DNA of 47,949 bases. Source: Paraphysomonas bandaiensis. Taxonomy: Eukaryota > Protista > Chrysophyceae. The notes beneath the pieces are model-generated. The model was not told where the DNA came from. It searched no databases and saw only the letters and a program-made list of their open reading frames with translations. A program made the translations under genes and the position numbers. The stretch lies in the NCBI GenBank assembly GCA_965644295.1, contig CBFFRP010000441.1, positions 1-47,949 on the forward strand, read 5' to 3'. Positions within the stretch are counted from its first letter, which is position 1, and every line of letters begins with the position of its first letter. Below are positions 10,607-23,469 of the stretch, in pieces.

Positions 10607-12276
10607 AAGTGAATAAGATGGAGGGGCGGGACGGAATGGGACGGGTTGGGGTGGGATTATAGTATAGTTATATATATATGAGGAGAGATGTACTTATAAC
10701 AACCGCTCCATGTCACTACCTCGTCACTAAGAGGAACGCAGCCCTGACAAAACTGCTGATCAAGAACAATATGACTGTAGTTACGCCGCTGAGCTGACTA
10801 GTATGTTCCTTAGCGTCACTGGAAGGGTGAGTGTGGTATGTTATGTAATCGTACACTGGTACATCCGCAGTGTATACTTCGTATATATTTTCTACGCATT
10901 TCTACTTCTACTGCAACCTATACGTACATCTATATATAGCAATATACAGACTATAATACAGTATACAGTATACAGCATACACACCAATAGGAATACACAT
11001 GTGTGCAGTTTTGTGAAATTATTTTTTGGGTAAATTAAAAACTATATAAATGCCAGTGACACCCATTGAGAGTATCCTGCTGATGTTATACTAGGCGCAC
11101 TTATCTTTCGCCTTTTACTAAAGATAACCGTTGTACAACATCATTATGGCAGCACTATGAATTTTTATTGCCCCATAGGGGTTTCCACCCACCTCCCTCT
11201 ATACATACACTATGACCTTACGCACACACTAACCTAACATGTCATCAATCCAATCTTATGCACACATTTCCATAATATAATCACTATGCAAACCGTATCA
11301 TTTACATCTCAAATAAGCTATCACTACTGCATACTGTTATGAGTTCTAGTGTGTACCTTATCATCACACATCTTACTGAGCCAGAACAACAGTGTGAGTG
11401 AGTTGTCCTGTTGTATTGTGCTATTATTATCCAGTTTCGGTAGAAGCGATTACGATATATATAGACTTAACTGAACTGCCTCTATCAGGAAGTATCAATT
11501 TACTCTTAAGTTTACATGATATGCGAATTACATTACCACCGAGCCACCTTGCCTTAGTTGAACTTACTTCTAAAAGACGAAGACTATTGATTTTTGTATG
11601 GACGTTATACAAAGAGGTCTGGAGTAATTGCATGAATAGCAACGAGCGTGAAAAGTGGCAAATAACCTATCATTTTTTTCCCTGAATATAATTGAAAAAG
11701 ATTTAACTTGCAGATAATCGTGCCTGAAGTGACTAATAGTGGCACTGAGTAGTACCTAATATCTATAAACGTGGCAAGGAATAAATGGTAAGTCGAAATG
11801 AAGATATCAAAGAGTAGTAAGAGAAAGCCAGGCTCAAAAGGGGATAGGGGAATATGTGTTTTCCTAACATTTTCTCTGAAAGATGTACGAATTATCATTT
11901 TCTTCCCTAGATGGGTTTAATATTTATATATACATATATATAATATTCCTGGTTCTTGTACTATCTACAATTTAACGTAACAGTATGTAGCATTATTCTA
12001 TTAGTTAATGTATTGCATATATAGTTATCATAGAGTTGTGATAAAAAATGTAATAAGAAAGTGATCTAATAGCAATACAGTCCAAAACCGCAAACCGCGC
12101 CATAAACCTAGTAATTCTTTGCATCAATATTAGTTAATTCATAAACCGATACACACTAATTTGATATAAACAATGTAATGCAATCAATATATAAGTAAGT
12201 GGATCTGTCTACTTACTGTGGCACTAAGCGAATACAACTATGCATATATTGAAACTTCGTGAAAATGCCGCACTGC

Positions 12277-13725
12277 TTATGGCGCCTCCTTAGGTGGATC
12301 ACTGTCGTCTCCAGCAACAGAAGGTTGCTCTGCTGTCGTCTCCTCTTCCAAACTTTTCTGAGAAACTTCTTCCATCTTTTTTCCGGCTTCAGCTTCATCT
12401 GCTGCTGCCTGCTGGCGTTGATTCTCCAATTCTTCGGCTTCTTTATCAGCTCTTTCCTTTTCTGCAATTTCTTTCTCATTCTTTAGTTTGGCTTCCGCCT
12501 CCTCTTTTGCTTTCTCAGCTTCCATCGCTTGTAGTTTCGCTTTCATAGCTTCTACTTCGCGTGCTTGATCTTCCTTCATCTTTGCGCTCTTCGCTCGTTT
12601 GGCTTCAGCCCTAGCCTTACGTGCAGTTTCTGATCAAGTAGCAAAATTACTGGCGCATTACTTTCAGATTCACACATATATCAGTAAAATACATATATAC
12701 CACATAGTTACTGGATGCTGAATGACTGTCGTGTATATGATTCGAATCTACGCACCTATATCAGCTTCTGATTCAATAGATCCTCTGGGTGACGTTCTTC
12801 TTGACGCACTATTGGAATCTTGCTTTTGGCTACCAACTGATGAATCCTTACCGGATACATTTTCTGCATGACTGGCGGGTTGTGTGGACTTTGTAATTTC
12901 CTTCCCATTGCTGTCAATACGAGTAGGGGCGTGGTTATGTACATTTACATCTCCAACTACTACTGCTGTAGGGTCAATTTGAATGGATCGACACGAGATG
13001 TCTCCAAAGACGGATGCGTAACCTCTCAAATGAAGATTTTGGACATTGATATTTCCCACAATTTGACCATCAACAAGTAATGTCTCGATATTTACTATAT
13101 CACCAGTTACTTTTCCTTGAGAGCCAACGATCAGGCTCCCCTGCAATTGAATGATTAAGAGTAAGGAAAATACTTCCGACTTACTTGAGAAATGAGTTTT
13201 CCAGTGAATTGCCCATCAATACGTAGCAAAGTAGAATACTCAAGTTCACCTCTGACAACAACCTTTACACCAATTGTAGTCTCTGGATCCTCTCTCTGCA
13301 AGCATAATAACCATCAACTATGATACAAATGTGTTGCCATAAAGAGACATAATGAACACGTATATCAACTACACTTGATCATCACGCTAACATAATCTAT
13401 ACATCAATGGGAAAAATATTAGATACCCTTACCAGTAAACTACTGGGTGATTTTATTTTTGCCCCATTCGGATTAAAGTGCATATCTTGTGAAATTTGCC
13501 CGTCGTTATTATTGGAGTGTTTGTTGCGGGCAACCTAATCGAAATGTATACAATATGATTATAATCGTGATGATTCAGTCTTATACATCAAATGTGAATG
13601 CATATCGATAAGAAACAGCAACATTGAAATTACGAACGTACATTATGGCCTGCACCATGAACGTTTTCTCTGGGTGGAGGAGGGCTACTTCTCTTTCCTC
13701 GTGGAGGTGGAGCAGGAGTACTCAT
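12277..13725 (-). CDS. Bactofilin-domain protein with Pro-rich N-terminus and charged coiled-coil tail
   Basis: ETTIGVKVVVRGELEY..LLRIDGQFTGKL|GSLIVGSQGKVTGDI..LLVDGQIVGNI..LHLRGYASVFGDI..IQID..AVVVGDV is the bactofilin beta-helix pattern; several GT-AG introns. Confidence 0.85.
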
Positions 13726-14304
13726 AGCAATATGTTGCAGAGTTTAACAAAGTAATAATGGATCCAAGACAACGGTATTTACACACTAATTAAGAACTCT
13801 AGCTTACTGAAAGCAATTAGCTGGATATCATTTCCACACTTAACGTTATGATAATATTGTGGAAATGAATATGTATGTGTATATATGAGGCTTTTACAGT
13901 TAAGTTCTCTCTGAAACTGAAAACGGCTCTATATACTCTGCATATCAGAGTAACTGTATACCGTATACCGGTATACAGTCGAAGTGTATTGTGGTGGCTA
14001 TGCCCACATGGACATGGATTTATTTATTTAGGTAAAAATATGGTACAAAATTACATATAGAATTCCAAAGAATACAATTGAAAAACGTATTCAATCTTGC
14101 GTAGTGTGAGTCCATGGGGGCATGTATGGTATACTCTGTGAATATTTTCTGTGCACTATATCGCAGAGTTCTTTGATTTAGAGACTGCGCAGAACCGCTG
14201 CCGAACTCAAAAGGCATTATGCGTAGCGTATGAGTAACATCTGTAGGTTTAACTTATGAACACTCTGCTTTGATATCTGGTCAGCAGATAGCAGTATTTA
14301 TAAA

Positions 14305-15771
14305 ATGGGAAATGCAGGCTCAAAGGAAGTTATATCTACAAATAGACGCGTCATGGCTGCTGATAGTGACCAAGTGAGCGCGGATAGGTGCAGTAGAGGT
14401 TCACACCAGAAAATTAGTACGCCAAAGGAAGGATCAGCTCGAAGTTCATTCGATGAGTCGAACAGTATAAGCGCAGAGATTAACTGTGTGAGGTCTATAT
14501 TGGCTTCAGAGAGTGGTCGATTAGCTTTTATTTCATATATTGTACATTATGCTCTGGACGAAGAAGTTCCTTTTTTTGATACATTGCGGGCATATATATC
14601 AAATAAGAGTGACAACATTGCTGCGGGGGTTATAACCAATTCATACTACGCTCCTGGTGTTATTAATTTTACCGAGGCAGATTGCCACGTGCATGCCTTT
14701 TCGTCACAGCCTAGAGATACATTTGCAATGGGGATGAAAATGACTGTGTTTGATTGTGTAAATTTGTTATTTTGGAGGGAGTGTGATCGGTTTATGAAAA
14801 GTGATTTCTATGCAAAGATTCCAGAGGAAGATCGTTCTGCTGTGAACCTAGACCCTAAAGTGGACCTACACATACGTCATAAAGTGATCCAAAGTGACAC
14901 TGCTATGATACGAGCTGTGGTTGCTATGAGACCCAATAAGCTACATTTATACACCACCCTCGATAATTGGATTGGTCGATTTTTTCAGTCTTTGGAGAAT
15001 TTACCTTTTTCAGTGTCAGTGGCAACTGCACGAACTGATAGACCAGGCTTCCCACTGGTTTATGTAAACAAACAATATGAGACAGAAACTGGTATGTATG
15101 CTGTGAAAAGTCTTTTCACTTTACAAGTTGCACTGTATATTCTACCTTACCACGTATTCTCTTAATTTACCGGAGTAATATGTAATCAATTGTACAGGTT
15201 ACAACCGCCACAATATCACTGGAATCAATTCCAGGTTCCTACAATGTCCTCACACAGAGCAGGATAGTGTCGAAAAAATGAGAGAGGCTTTGAGAGCAGC
15301 TCAGCCGATTCGAGTTGTTGTCACCAACAGGTTATACATGTGTAGCCTTGGACTTTTATCTAAAGTCGTTGATAATGTGAATATACATGATGCAACTATT
15401 ATGGAATTATTGCGCAGTTTGTATACTCATCTCGTTTTAGTGAATGCACTGATGCTATTGGCATTGAATTTCACATGTATGTTATAGATGGCGTACGGGT
15501 GAAACTTTTCTGAATTACGTATCAATGAAGCCTGTGTTCGATCAGAATGCTAGGTACGAGTGAACCTTTATGTAACATGTGTCTTTGTTATATGTGATGC
15601 TTGTATGTGTCATAAAGCCATATCTGATTGTGTTGTTCGTGTAGGTATCGATTTGTTGTGGCAGCTTCCTATCCTTCAAATTCGAGAGTGGCCAATTGCC
15701 ATGAGCTTCAGCTTATCAATGACTTTCTCGACTTGGTTCCCAGTACTGTTCTTTCTGGTGTGGATATATAG
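14305..15771 (+). CDS. Myristoylated RGS-like + LOV/PAS protein (helmchrome-related architecture), 4 exons
   Basis: MGNAGS start. RGS-like ILASESGRLAFISY..FWRECDRF. LOV: FPLVYVNKQYETETGY..ITGINSRFLQ.PHTEQDSVEKMREAL..VTNR..GETFLN..MKPVFD. Confidence 0.8.
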
Positions 15772-16368
15772 TATTCAGTTATTGGCTCGTGTCTGACACC
15801 GAAAAGCTGGAAGTGGATAAACCAGCATCTGTTTTATTATTTGAGCAGATATTTTGGGAAGAAAACTAAGAGCAGCACGAATCATATACGCAATGTTGTA
15901 GTTGTTACTCTGTTTATGTCTTGTCTCATATATATCAGTTTTTTTGTAGTATTGATAAACCAATTCTTAGTATGCAAATTGCGTATTATATAATGTGTTG
16001 TATTGTTGTCTAGTGTGTAAAATTGCAACACAGTAATCATATAACTAGATTTGTGCCACACAGCGAAACTTGATTTAGAGTACGAACGACACGAGGAAGA
16101 AGTAGGGTCATTTTTCAGATTATTTTCTCAATTCAGGATATCTAATTGTAATGCATGTCATAGACAAGCAGTCGATTGAGTGCAGACTCGAGATATAGCA
16201 AAGTAAAAATCGCAACGTCATTATAGGTTATAGTAGTATATGTAGGACACTGAGTAGTAGTCAAAAACTTCACAACAGGTAGCATGGTAACTCTGGCGAT
16301 ACAGCCTATCTTAATAAATGTAAGTAAAAGTACAAGTACAGAAGTACATGCATGTGCCTGAACTAAAG

Positions 16369-17149
16369 CAGGGATAGGGAACAATATATTATATTGCAAT
16401 ATATTGCAAAATATATTGATTGGTGGACTGGTCAAATATTCCATCAATAGTGTTCATGTTGAAAGAGCTCACAATACTATTGCAATATATTGCAATCAAT
16501 ATTATGATAGTCATATAAGAGAAGATTCTCAACTGTAGCGTGAAAAATGGATATAAATAACCGAGAAATTGATTACAACATTACAAAGGATAATGAAGCT
16601 GTTGTTGACTATGCGACTAAAAATCTTCAGTCAGTTCAAAAAATTAAAAAACGTACAGATCCACGAGTCATTAACGGTTGCCTGGCCCTGGTATGTACTT
16701 CCAATACATGGGAACGTCTGTTCAGCACAGCTAAACATATTATATCAGTGTTGCGCAAAAGTATCCATCATCCTACTTAATATGCTGTTGTTTCTGAAAG
16801 TTATTCGACAGTTATGGCCGGATACTAGCATATTCCAATTAATTCTGTGGATGAATATGGTGATGTTGACGTCACCGATGATGACTCAGAGGATGAGGAC
16901 GAGGTGGATTTTTAGTAGCTATAAGCAGCAGTTGGTTTGGTTGTCATGTGATCTTAATGACTAATACTAAAAATGAAATCTACGGATGCGTTTAACCTAC
17001 TGATTAGTCACACTAATATATTGCAATACATTGACAATATATTGCAATATATTGTAATTGTATTGTAGGACCGGTTTAAAAAATTCATCAATACTATTGA
17101 TGGAACGCTATCTAACAATAGTATTGCAATATATTGTTCCCAATCCCTG
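16369..17149 (+). mobile_element. Non-autonomous hAT DNA transposon (781 bp)
   Basis: 22-bp TIRs CAGGGATWGGGAACAATATATT (1 mismatch); perfect 8-bp TSD AACTAAAG (16361-16368, 17150-17157); subterminal TATTGCAATA repeats. Confidence 0.95.
16547..16850 (+). pseudogene. Frameshifted hAT transposase C-terminal dimerisation domain
   Basis: TSNTWERLFSTAKHIISVLRKSI / LNMLLFLKV.RQLW is split over two frames. Confidence 0.85.
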
Positions 17150-17711
17150 AACTAAAGTATGTACGTGCACTTATCCTGCATTTAAAATCAGCTACATTGT
17201 ACTTGAGTTTTAAAAAAGTTAAAAGGGTCATAGATTGTCTATTCCAGTGTTCCCCTGGTGCTGTATCGAGAACTCCACTGATATGCAAAATCGTGAACAC
17301 TGAATCCCATATATACATACAGCTATTCAACAATACGCCACTTCACACTGATAATTTTGACAGAGGAAATAGAATTTTCCTGACCCTCAATCTATATTCC
17401 GATTAGATTGGGTTGAATTGACTGAAGGTTCATCGATCCACATTCCAACATATCCATGGCATGCATATCTGGATACTCTACAATATCAATTCCATATACA
17501 TGTACCGTATTTTAGTATTCACTTGTGTTTCTCATTTTCAGTTTTATCTGTCGTGCCTATAAAAGATACTATTCGATTCGATTGCATTGTACTGCGGAAG
17601 TTGTTGCTGAAAAAAATGGTTGAGGCGTGAAACAAACACTCACTCGTCCTCAAGTGTGCTACAGGCTCAGCTCAACCGCATTGCTACACACTTGCATTAG
17701 ACTCGAACACC

Positions 17712-18285
17712 ATGCTATCCACTGTTTCCAGATCCTTGAGAAGAACTGTTGGCACCCGCTCAAGTAATTATGCTTTCTGTGTTTTAATTGTGCTGACATG
17801 CATACAGTGTGCAGCGCGGCTCCAGTGGCCAGCAAATCGACTGCCCCGAGAGAGATCAACGCCCCTTCTGCAACCATGAGCCAGGTGTTCGATAACCATG
17901 AGCTTGAGAATATGGGTGTACAATACAAGCCTCATACTATTATGTACTGCCCGAGAAACCCCATGACCTTTGATACTGAGAGCCAGGACCCTAAGGATTA
18001 TGTCCTTGCCAAGGTGCCGAAGACTGAGGACTCTCTTGAGTGGGTACTCTCATCTCCCTGCCCAATCCATCAGTTTGATGAGCCCCCGGTAAGTTTTTTT
18101 GCTGGATGTTTTGACACGCCGAACTTATAGTACTCTCTCTGTCTACTACATTACTATTCGGATTTTGCAACTGTGTTATTGAATTTTTCTCTGTTTTTGT
18201 GTTATGGCTTACGTATCTTATTCCACGTATGCAGATTATTGTTGAAATCGAGCACCTTCAAAATCTTTTCTTTGAAGAAGATTAG
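17712..18285 (+). CDS. cox1-c: Nucleus-encoded C-terminal fragment of cytochrome c oxidase subunit 1 (Cox1-c), 3 exons
   Basis: Mitochondrial-type presequence MLSTVSRSLRRTVGTRS; SLEWVLSSPCPIHQFDEPP matches the Cox1 C-terminal LEW...SPP..H.F.E.P motif. Confidence 0.85.
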
Positions 18286-19214
18286 GCACATCCGATATCG
18301 TACATGTGTGACGGTGCATACTTGTGCTCCTTACACTTATTCGATTAAGAATTAATGTATAGCGTTCTCCCTTCATGGTGTCGCCACACCTACACTGTTC
18401 TGTGTGAAGGAGAAATATAGTGTCCTTCTTTCAGAGTTAACAAATCCTAGTCTGGTTTGATAATGTAACAATAGCTTTGCCTCGATTACTACGTCTTGTT
18501 CTCATATTCGTAAGCTAGTATGAACGAACAAATAGGGGTTTGGTTCAATTTCGAATGATGAAGATGACTATCTATTAAACGTATGACTATCATTGGCCAG
18601 TCGGACGCAGGAGTGTGTAGGAATCAAGGTTTACCAATATTTACATCATTTTACTCCCTTTCCGTATGTTGTTACTTCTTCATGCTCCATCTATACTTAC
18701 ATCTTAATGTTTTCATTTTTGATACACAACATATACCCCAAAATGGTACGCTGAACTATACAATGTCAGTTAGCAGGACTGGTAGATTAGAATATGTTTT
18801 CCCAAATCACGTTTTCCTAGAAAGAGTGCAGCTAGCCCGCTAGCACTGCATCTTTGTCTGGAGTGCACACTGTTGTTGATCGCAGAGATCAATGGGTAGA
18901 TACAGAATACTAGTAATGAAGATACGACGCTATTACTAGGGAAAGGAGATGTGAAGCCATGTAACTTTTCTTGGGAAACAAGTGCATTCACGCATTCACA
19001 CACAAGCAATCGACTGTTCATCTAAATTAAATTTCAGAGCGTACGAGCGTACACCCAGTGGACTGATGCGCTGCTAAGTTGGTGAGAACTGCTAAAAGCG
19101 ATAGTAAACCATGCTACTACTCTTCTTTTGGCCTACAGCATACTGCTACATTAGTAGTAAATAGTAACTCTCTTCATACTTCATATACAACATACGGAAT
19201 ATCATGTTGTTGAT

Positions 19215-19550
19215 CCCTCACAAAATCGGACGCGCACCTTTTCGTGGTGTTCTAGGGGATATGTACCGAAGATGTCTCTCCGGGAAACTAACGCGAGCCA
19301 CGTATATAGTCAGTAGATATTGTTCTGCCCACTCATAGCTGAATGTTTGTGTGGTGCAAGGGACACTAATAAGCTAATGAGCGTCACTTATGTAGACTAT
19401 GTAGACGTCTTTGGGCCTTGAAGAATATGCAGACGTCCTGGAATGGGCCCACCTAATAATAGGGTATCAGAATTAAGCACTAGTTAGTTAAATTGTTTGC
19501 TACATTAGCTCTGACTCTTACACGCCTATTTCTAATAATCAGACATTCAC
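19215..19550 (+). mobile_element. Dispersed structured non-coding element, copy C (subfamily 2, internal deletion)
   Basis: CCCTCACAAAATCGG...AGACATTCAC|TA; lacks the central part but keeps both ends. Confidence 0.85.
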
Positions 19551-20531
19551 TACTATACTGTTGACTATTATGTTGTAAGTCAATCTTTGATTAGTGAACG
19601 AAAGATTTTTATGCAGGCAAGGAGGTCATGTATTTACGTATATGATGACTCGACATTGCAAAACGGAATCACCTCAGGAGGCTTCATCTGTACTGATCTA
19701 TAGTTTTTTCATCTTCCCGAAGATCTCAGGTGCACTGGATTAGGCACATATACCAACAGTCATCTCTACTACACTTCGTGGTAACTTGAGAGAAAGGATG
19801 AAGTCATCAAGCAAGTTCTCGAGGTTTGCGATGTTAATTAGACATTCCTTTGCCCGATGGAGGTGGGAGGAGTCCCTGCGGGCGTAAACCACTTTATTGG
19901 AAAGTGGCTTGTTTCTGTTCCATTCATCATCAGCAGGCTGTATCCATATTGTCATCTATCCAGCAATCACTGTTGTCGACTCATTACAGTGACTCTGTAA
20001 CTTCTATCTGTCATATATACCGTTCCACTGATTTCCTTGAAAATATCAGTCGAAGACTTAATATGTGAGCACCCTGTGTTCCCCTAGAAGGGTTATTATG
20101 GACTAATGTACAGGAGGGATTCGCTATAGACAATTGTTCGATGAATATGACGCTAGTTTGAGCTCTGAGCGGTATAGATACTCTGCTCTGCTCGTTAATC
20201 AGCCCAGCCATAGCTATGGATGATATCTTGGATTAATAATACGCATTGTATTTTCAGTATTATAGTAGAAGCTATACTGCTGTATTCTCTGCTGTATTCA
20301 TGATAAGAGTGCTGTATGATACTGTATATGTATGTATGACTGCTCAGGACTAATTAACTAACACACAGCTGAGCTCAGCTCCGCACTGTATAGTTAACTC
20401 TGAACTCAGAGGACGTGGATATGTTAAACAATTACTGATGTGATTCTCTCCCTATTCTAATCTTATTGTATCTTTATTCGGCGGAGTGATTAGAGAGCAG
20501 TAGAGTAACTAGACTCTAAGTGAGAGAAGCC

Positions 20532-22532
20532 ATGGCGAACTTCCGGCTTATCGGCTGGATCGGCATATCTAACTTATCCCTCCTCCTCATGATTACGGTG
20601 AGATTAACTCATAGCTCATCAACCGCTCCTCATGTTTTTGTATGTGTGTTTTGCAGATAACAAAAACTGTTCGCTTCATTCGACTTCAACCGTCTCTGAA
20701 TTCTGCTGTAGTCCGTAAGCGGCTGCTGCTCCACATCTTGTTAATACTTGCAATAGCGATCGATATTCCAATGTACATATCCTTTACTATGATTAATACA
20801 TACGGCATGATTACTTACAGTTTCCATAAGTTGGAGCCTGCGTTTGCATACAGTATGACAATTTCGGACTGGAGCTCAGTGCTGTACGACATTCAAGAGA
20901 TAAAGCATCTGCCTCTAGTGTTTCGTAAAGGATGTTTAGTGTTTATTAACACGATATTCGCTACAGTAAGCATCATGAATTTTGTCTATGTTAATGTATC
21001 GACAGATTTAGATGAGTTCACTAAGAGTCCCATGTATATTGCTATGATTGTGTTACAAATAGCTGCGGAGTTGTTTTTAACCACGATGATGTTAAGTGCT
21101 GGAATCCGCTTATCGAGACGAATTAGAGGTGTTTCTGGAATGTTAAATGCAACTGCCAATACGTCTGCGAGTTCTCTATCAGTCAATTTGCTAACAGGAA
21201 GGATGAATGGTAGCAGCAGTAGTAATTCTGTACGAACAAGACACAGTACACAAGCTTATATGGGTTTTGAGACCGCGCTGAATCGATTGATTACCGTTAT
21301 GGCTACTTGTGCTCTTTGCATATGTATACAGGTATAATTTTAGTTGTGTTAGACAGTGATAAGCGTAATTGCCATGGAATCACTGTCATATTTCACGTGA
21401 TATGATCATCAATGTTTCTTTACCGACGCTACACGATGAAGATTTTGTTGAATGTTTCTATGTTAGTATTGTATATCTCATGAGTTCTTTGTGCCAGCTG
21501 GTGCTCTTACTTCTTAATTATGTGCTGGGGTATCAGCGGCAACCAGATAAAAGTGTTGGGCCCGAGTTATTTTATTGGTAAGATTCGTATCATTCTGTGT
21601 TATACCCTATCATAAATGAAGGTGTATTGTGATATTTTGTGTCATGCGCTGATTGCTATGTGCATTATTTGAAATGGGGGTTTATTCATAAATTTATTAG
21701 GACTTTTTACGCTTGGGTTCCTTTGTGGGGACCGACACTGGCTTTGTTATATCTTTCTCGGTCACGAGTGTATAAGGACGACAGTATCCCACGTGACACT
21801 GAGTGGAGTGGAAGTGGAAGCAAATATACGTCGTTACCTATTAATCCAGAAAACATTCCTGGGGTTGATCATGAACGGAATGTGGATGGGCGAGCGTTCC
21901 GTACACCAGAGAATGAACGGGGTGTTATGAATCGGTACCGAAGTGATGACACTCGGTCAACGGCATACACAGCCAGCATCTCTCCGGGAAATGGACGTTA
22001 TAAGTACATATCCGGGAGCAGTGAAGCCAGTCCTGCACCTCGCGTAAATATATACCGTCCTCCAGACTACCCGTCTTCTTTATTTCCGCGTGAGACGGAT
22101 GATGACGAAATGGAACATGAAGATGACGAAGTCAGTGAGCGCACGACTTCTTCTTCAGTAGTTAAGTCAGCAATATCTCCCTGCCAATCATATGGACGGA
22201 CTACAGGTGATGTCAGTTGTGAAATAGATGCAGATGATGACAAGAAAGATAGTAATAGCCCTGAAGATGACGTGGAAGATTCCTATCAATCAGATGATGT
22301 ACTAAAGGATTTGAGAGACCACTGGACACCAGATAGTGAAGGAGGCTCCAGTGTCGATGACTACAATGCCCTCCCTCCACAGCCGTTTCATGCGGCTAAT
22401 GTTTCGTTCAGTGCATCACATAATTTGTTTCGAGTGAGTAGTGTAGGAACAACTGGGTCATTCAGCGACAGTATAATGCTTGCGCGCGAGGAAGAATCAC
22501 AACAGAAGTCTTCAAACTCAGAGAGGAAGTAG
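20532..22532 (+). CDS. Multi-pass membrane protein (THH1/TOM1/GPR137-like) with acidic disordered C-tail, 4 exons
   Basis: About 7 hydrophobic segments over spliced exons, then a Ser/Asp-rich tail; family assigned by overall pattern only. Confidence 0.65.
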
Positions 22533-23469
22533 ATACACCCTACTGATAATTGTCTGTGTAGTGACTATAATATAACAGTTTCTAATGCTGGTATTTTATT
22601 ATTATCAGAACTGTGATGTTATTCTATAATTCTGAATAATTTACTACTATATAGCTATATGGTGACTTTGTGATCATGGAAGTCTGTGACTACGTGACTA
22701 CTCACCTGATGACATGGTGATGTAGCACCTGACGCATATATATAAAGAGTTTTTCAGCTTTCAATATTAGTAGATTACGATCTAATGTCTCCAGCTAACC
22801 GATCTAATCAGCGGTCGGGACGATTGTTGAAGAGAAGCTTCAGATGCCAAAATTCCCTATATATGCTTATAGTTAAACAAAGGGATTGGCCTCTCAGATA
22901 TTTTGTCCGGAAATTACCACTTTTTCACTCGGAAAATTACAAAAATTTTAAAATTATTACGATAAAAGACTCTGGTGAACATTCTTAGTTAGAAGTTAGA
23001 ACTGCGAAGGATATCTGATAAAATATCTGATAAAGCTGCCTATAACTATTTCTACGATTTTCTTGGTGCATTGTCTTTTCAATACGTTGTGTCATCACCA
23101 TTTCAGATTTACTCAAGAAATTGTATACATTTATCCATTATATAAAAATCTAATTTTAACACCTCACATGACTTTACTTATCGTTAGTGCAATTAAAAAT
23201 TGTATTGGTGAATTAAAACAACAGTTTCTTGAGTTTTTTTCAATACGAAACTCATCAATAAGAAGAAAGAACATATTAAACGATTATTGGTGCTGAAAGT
23301 GCTGACAAACGTGAATTAAACTTCCTTTTACATGCACACATAAAAGGTAAGGGGCCTCTAAAGCTTAAGAGTAGTGCTTTCAATTTCAATAGGTATTATT
23401 TACTCAGTACTCCAAGCAACCTAGCTACATCGTACAGAAGACTACTTCTCTATCGTCACTAAGATTCCA

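Noticed and set aside
19600-20211. Coding-like minus-strand fragments
   Set aside because: Multiple stops, no recognisable domain and no consistent splice model.
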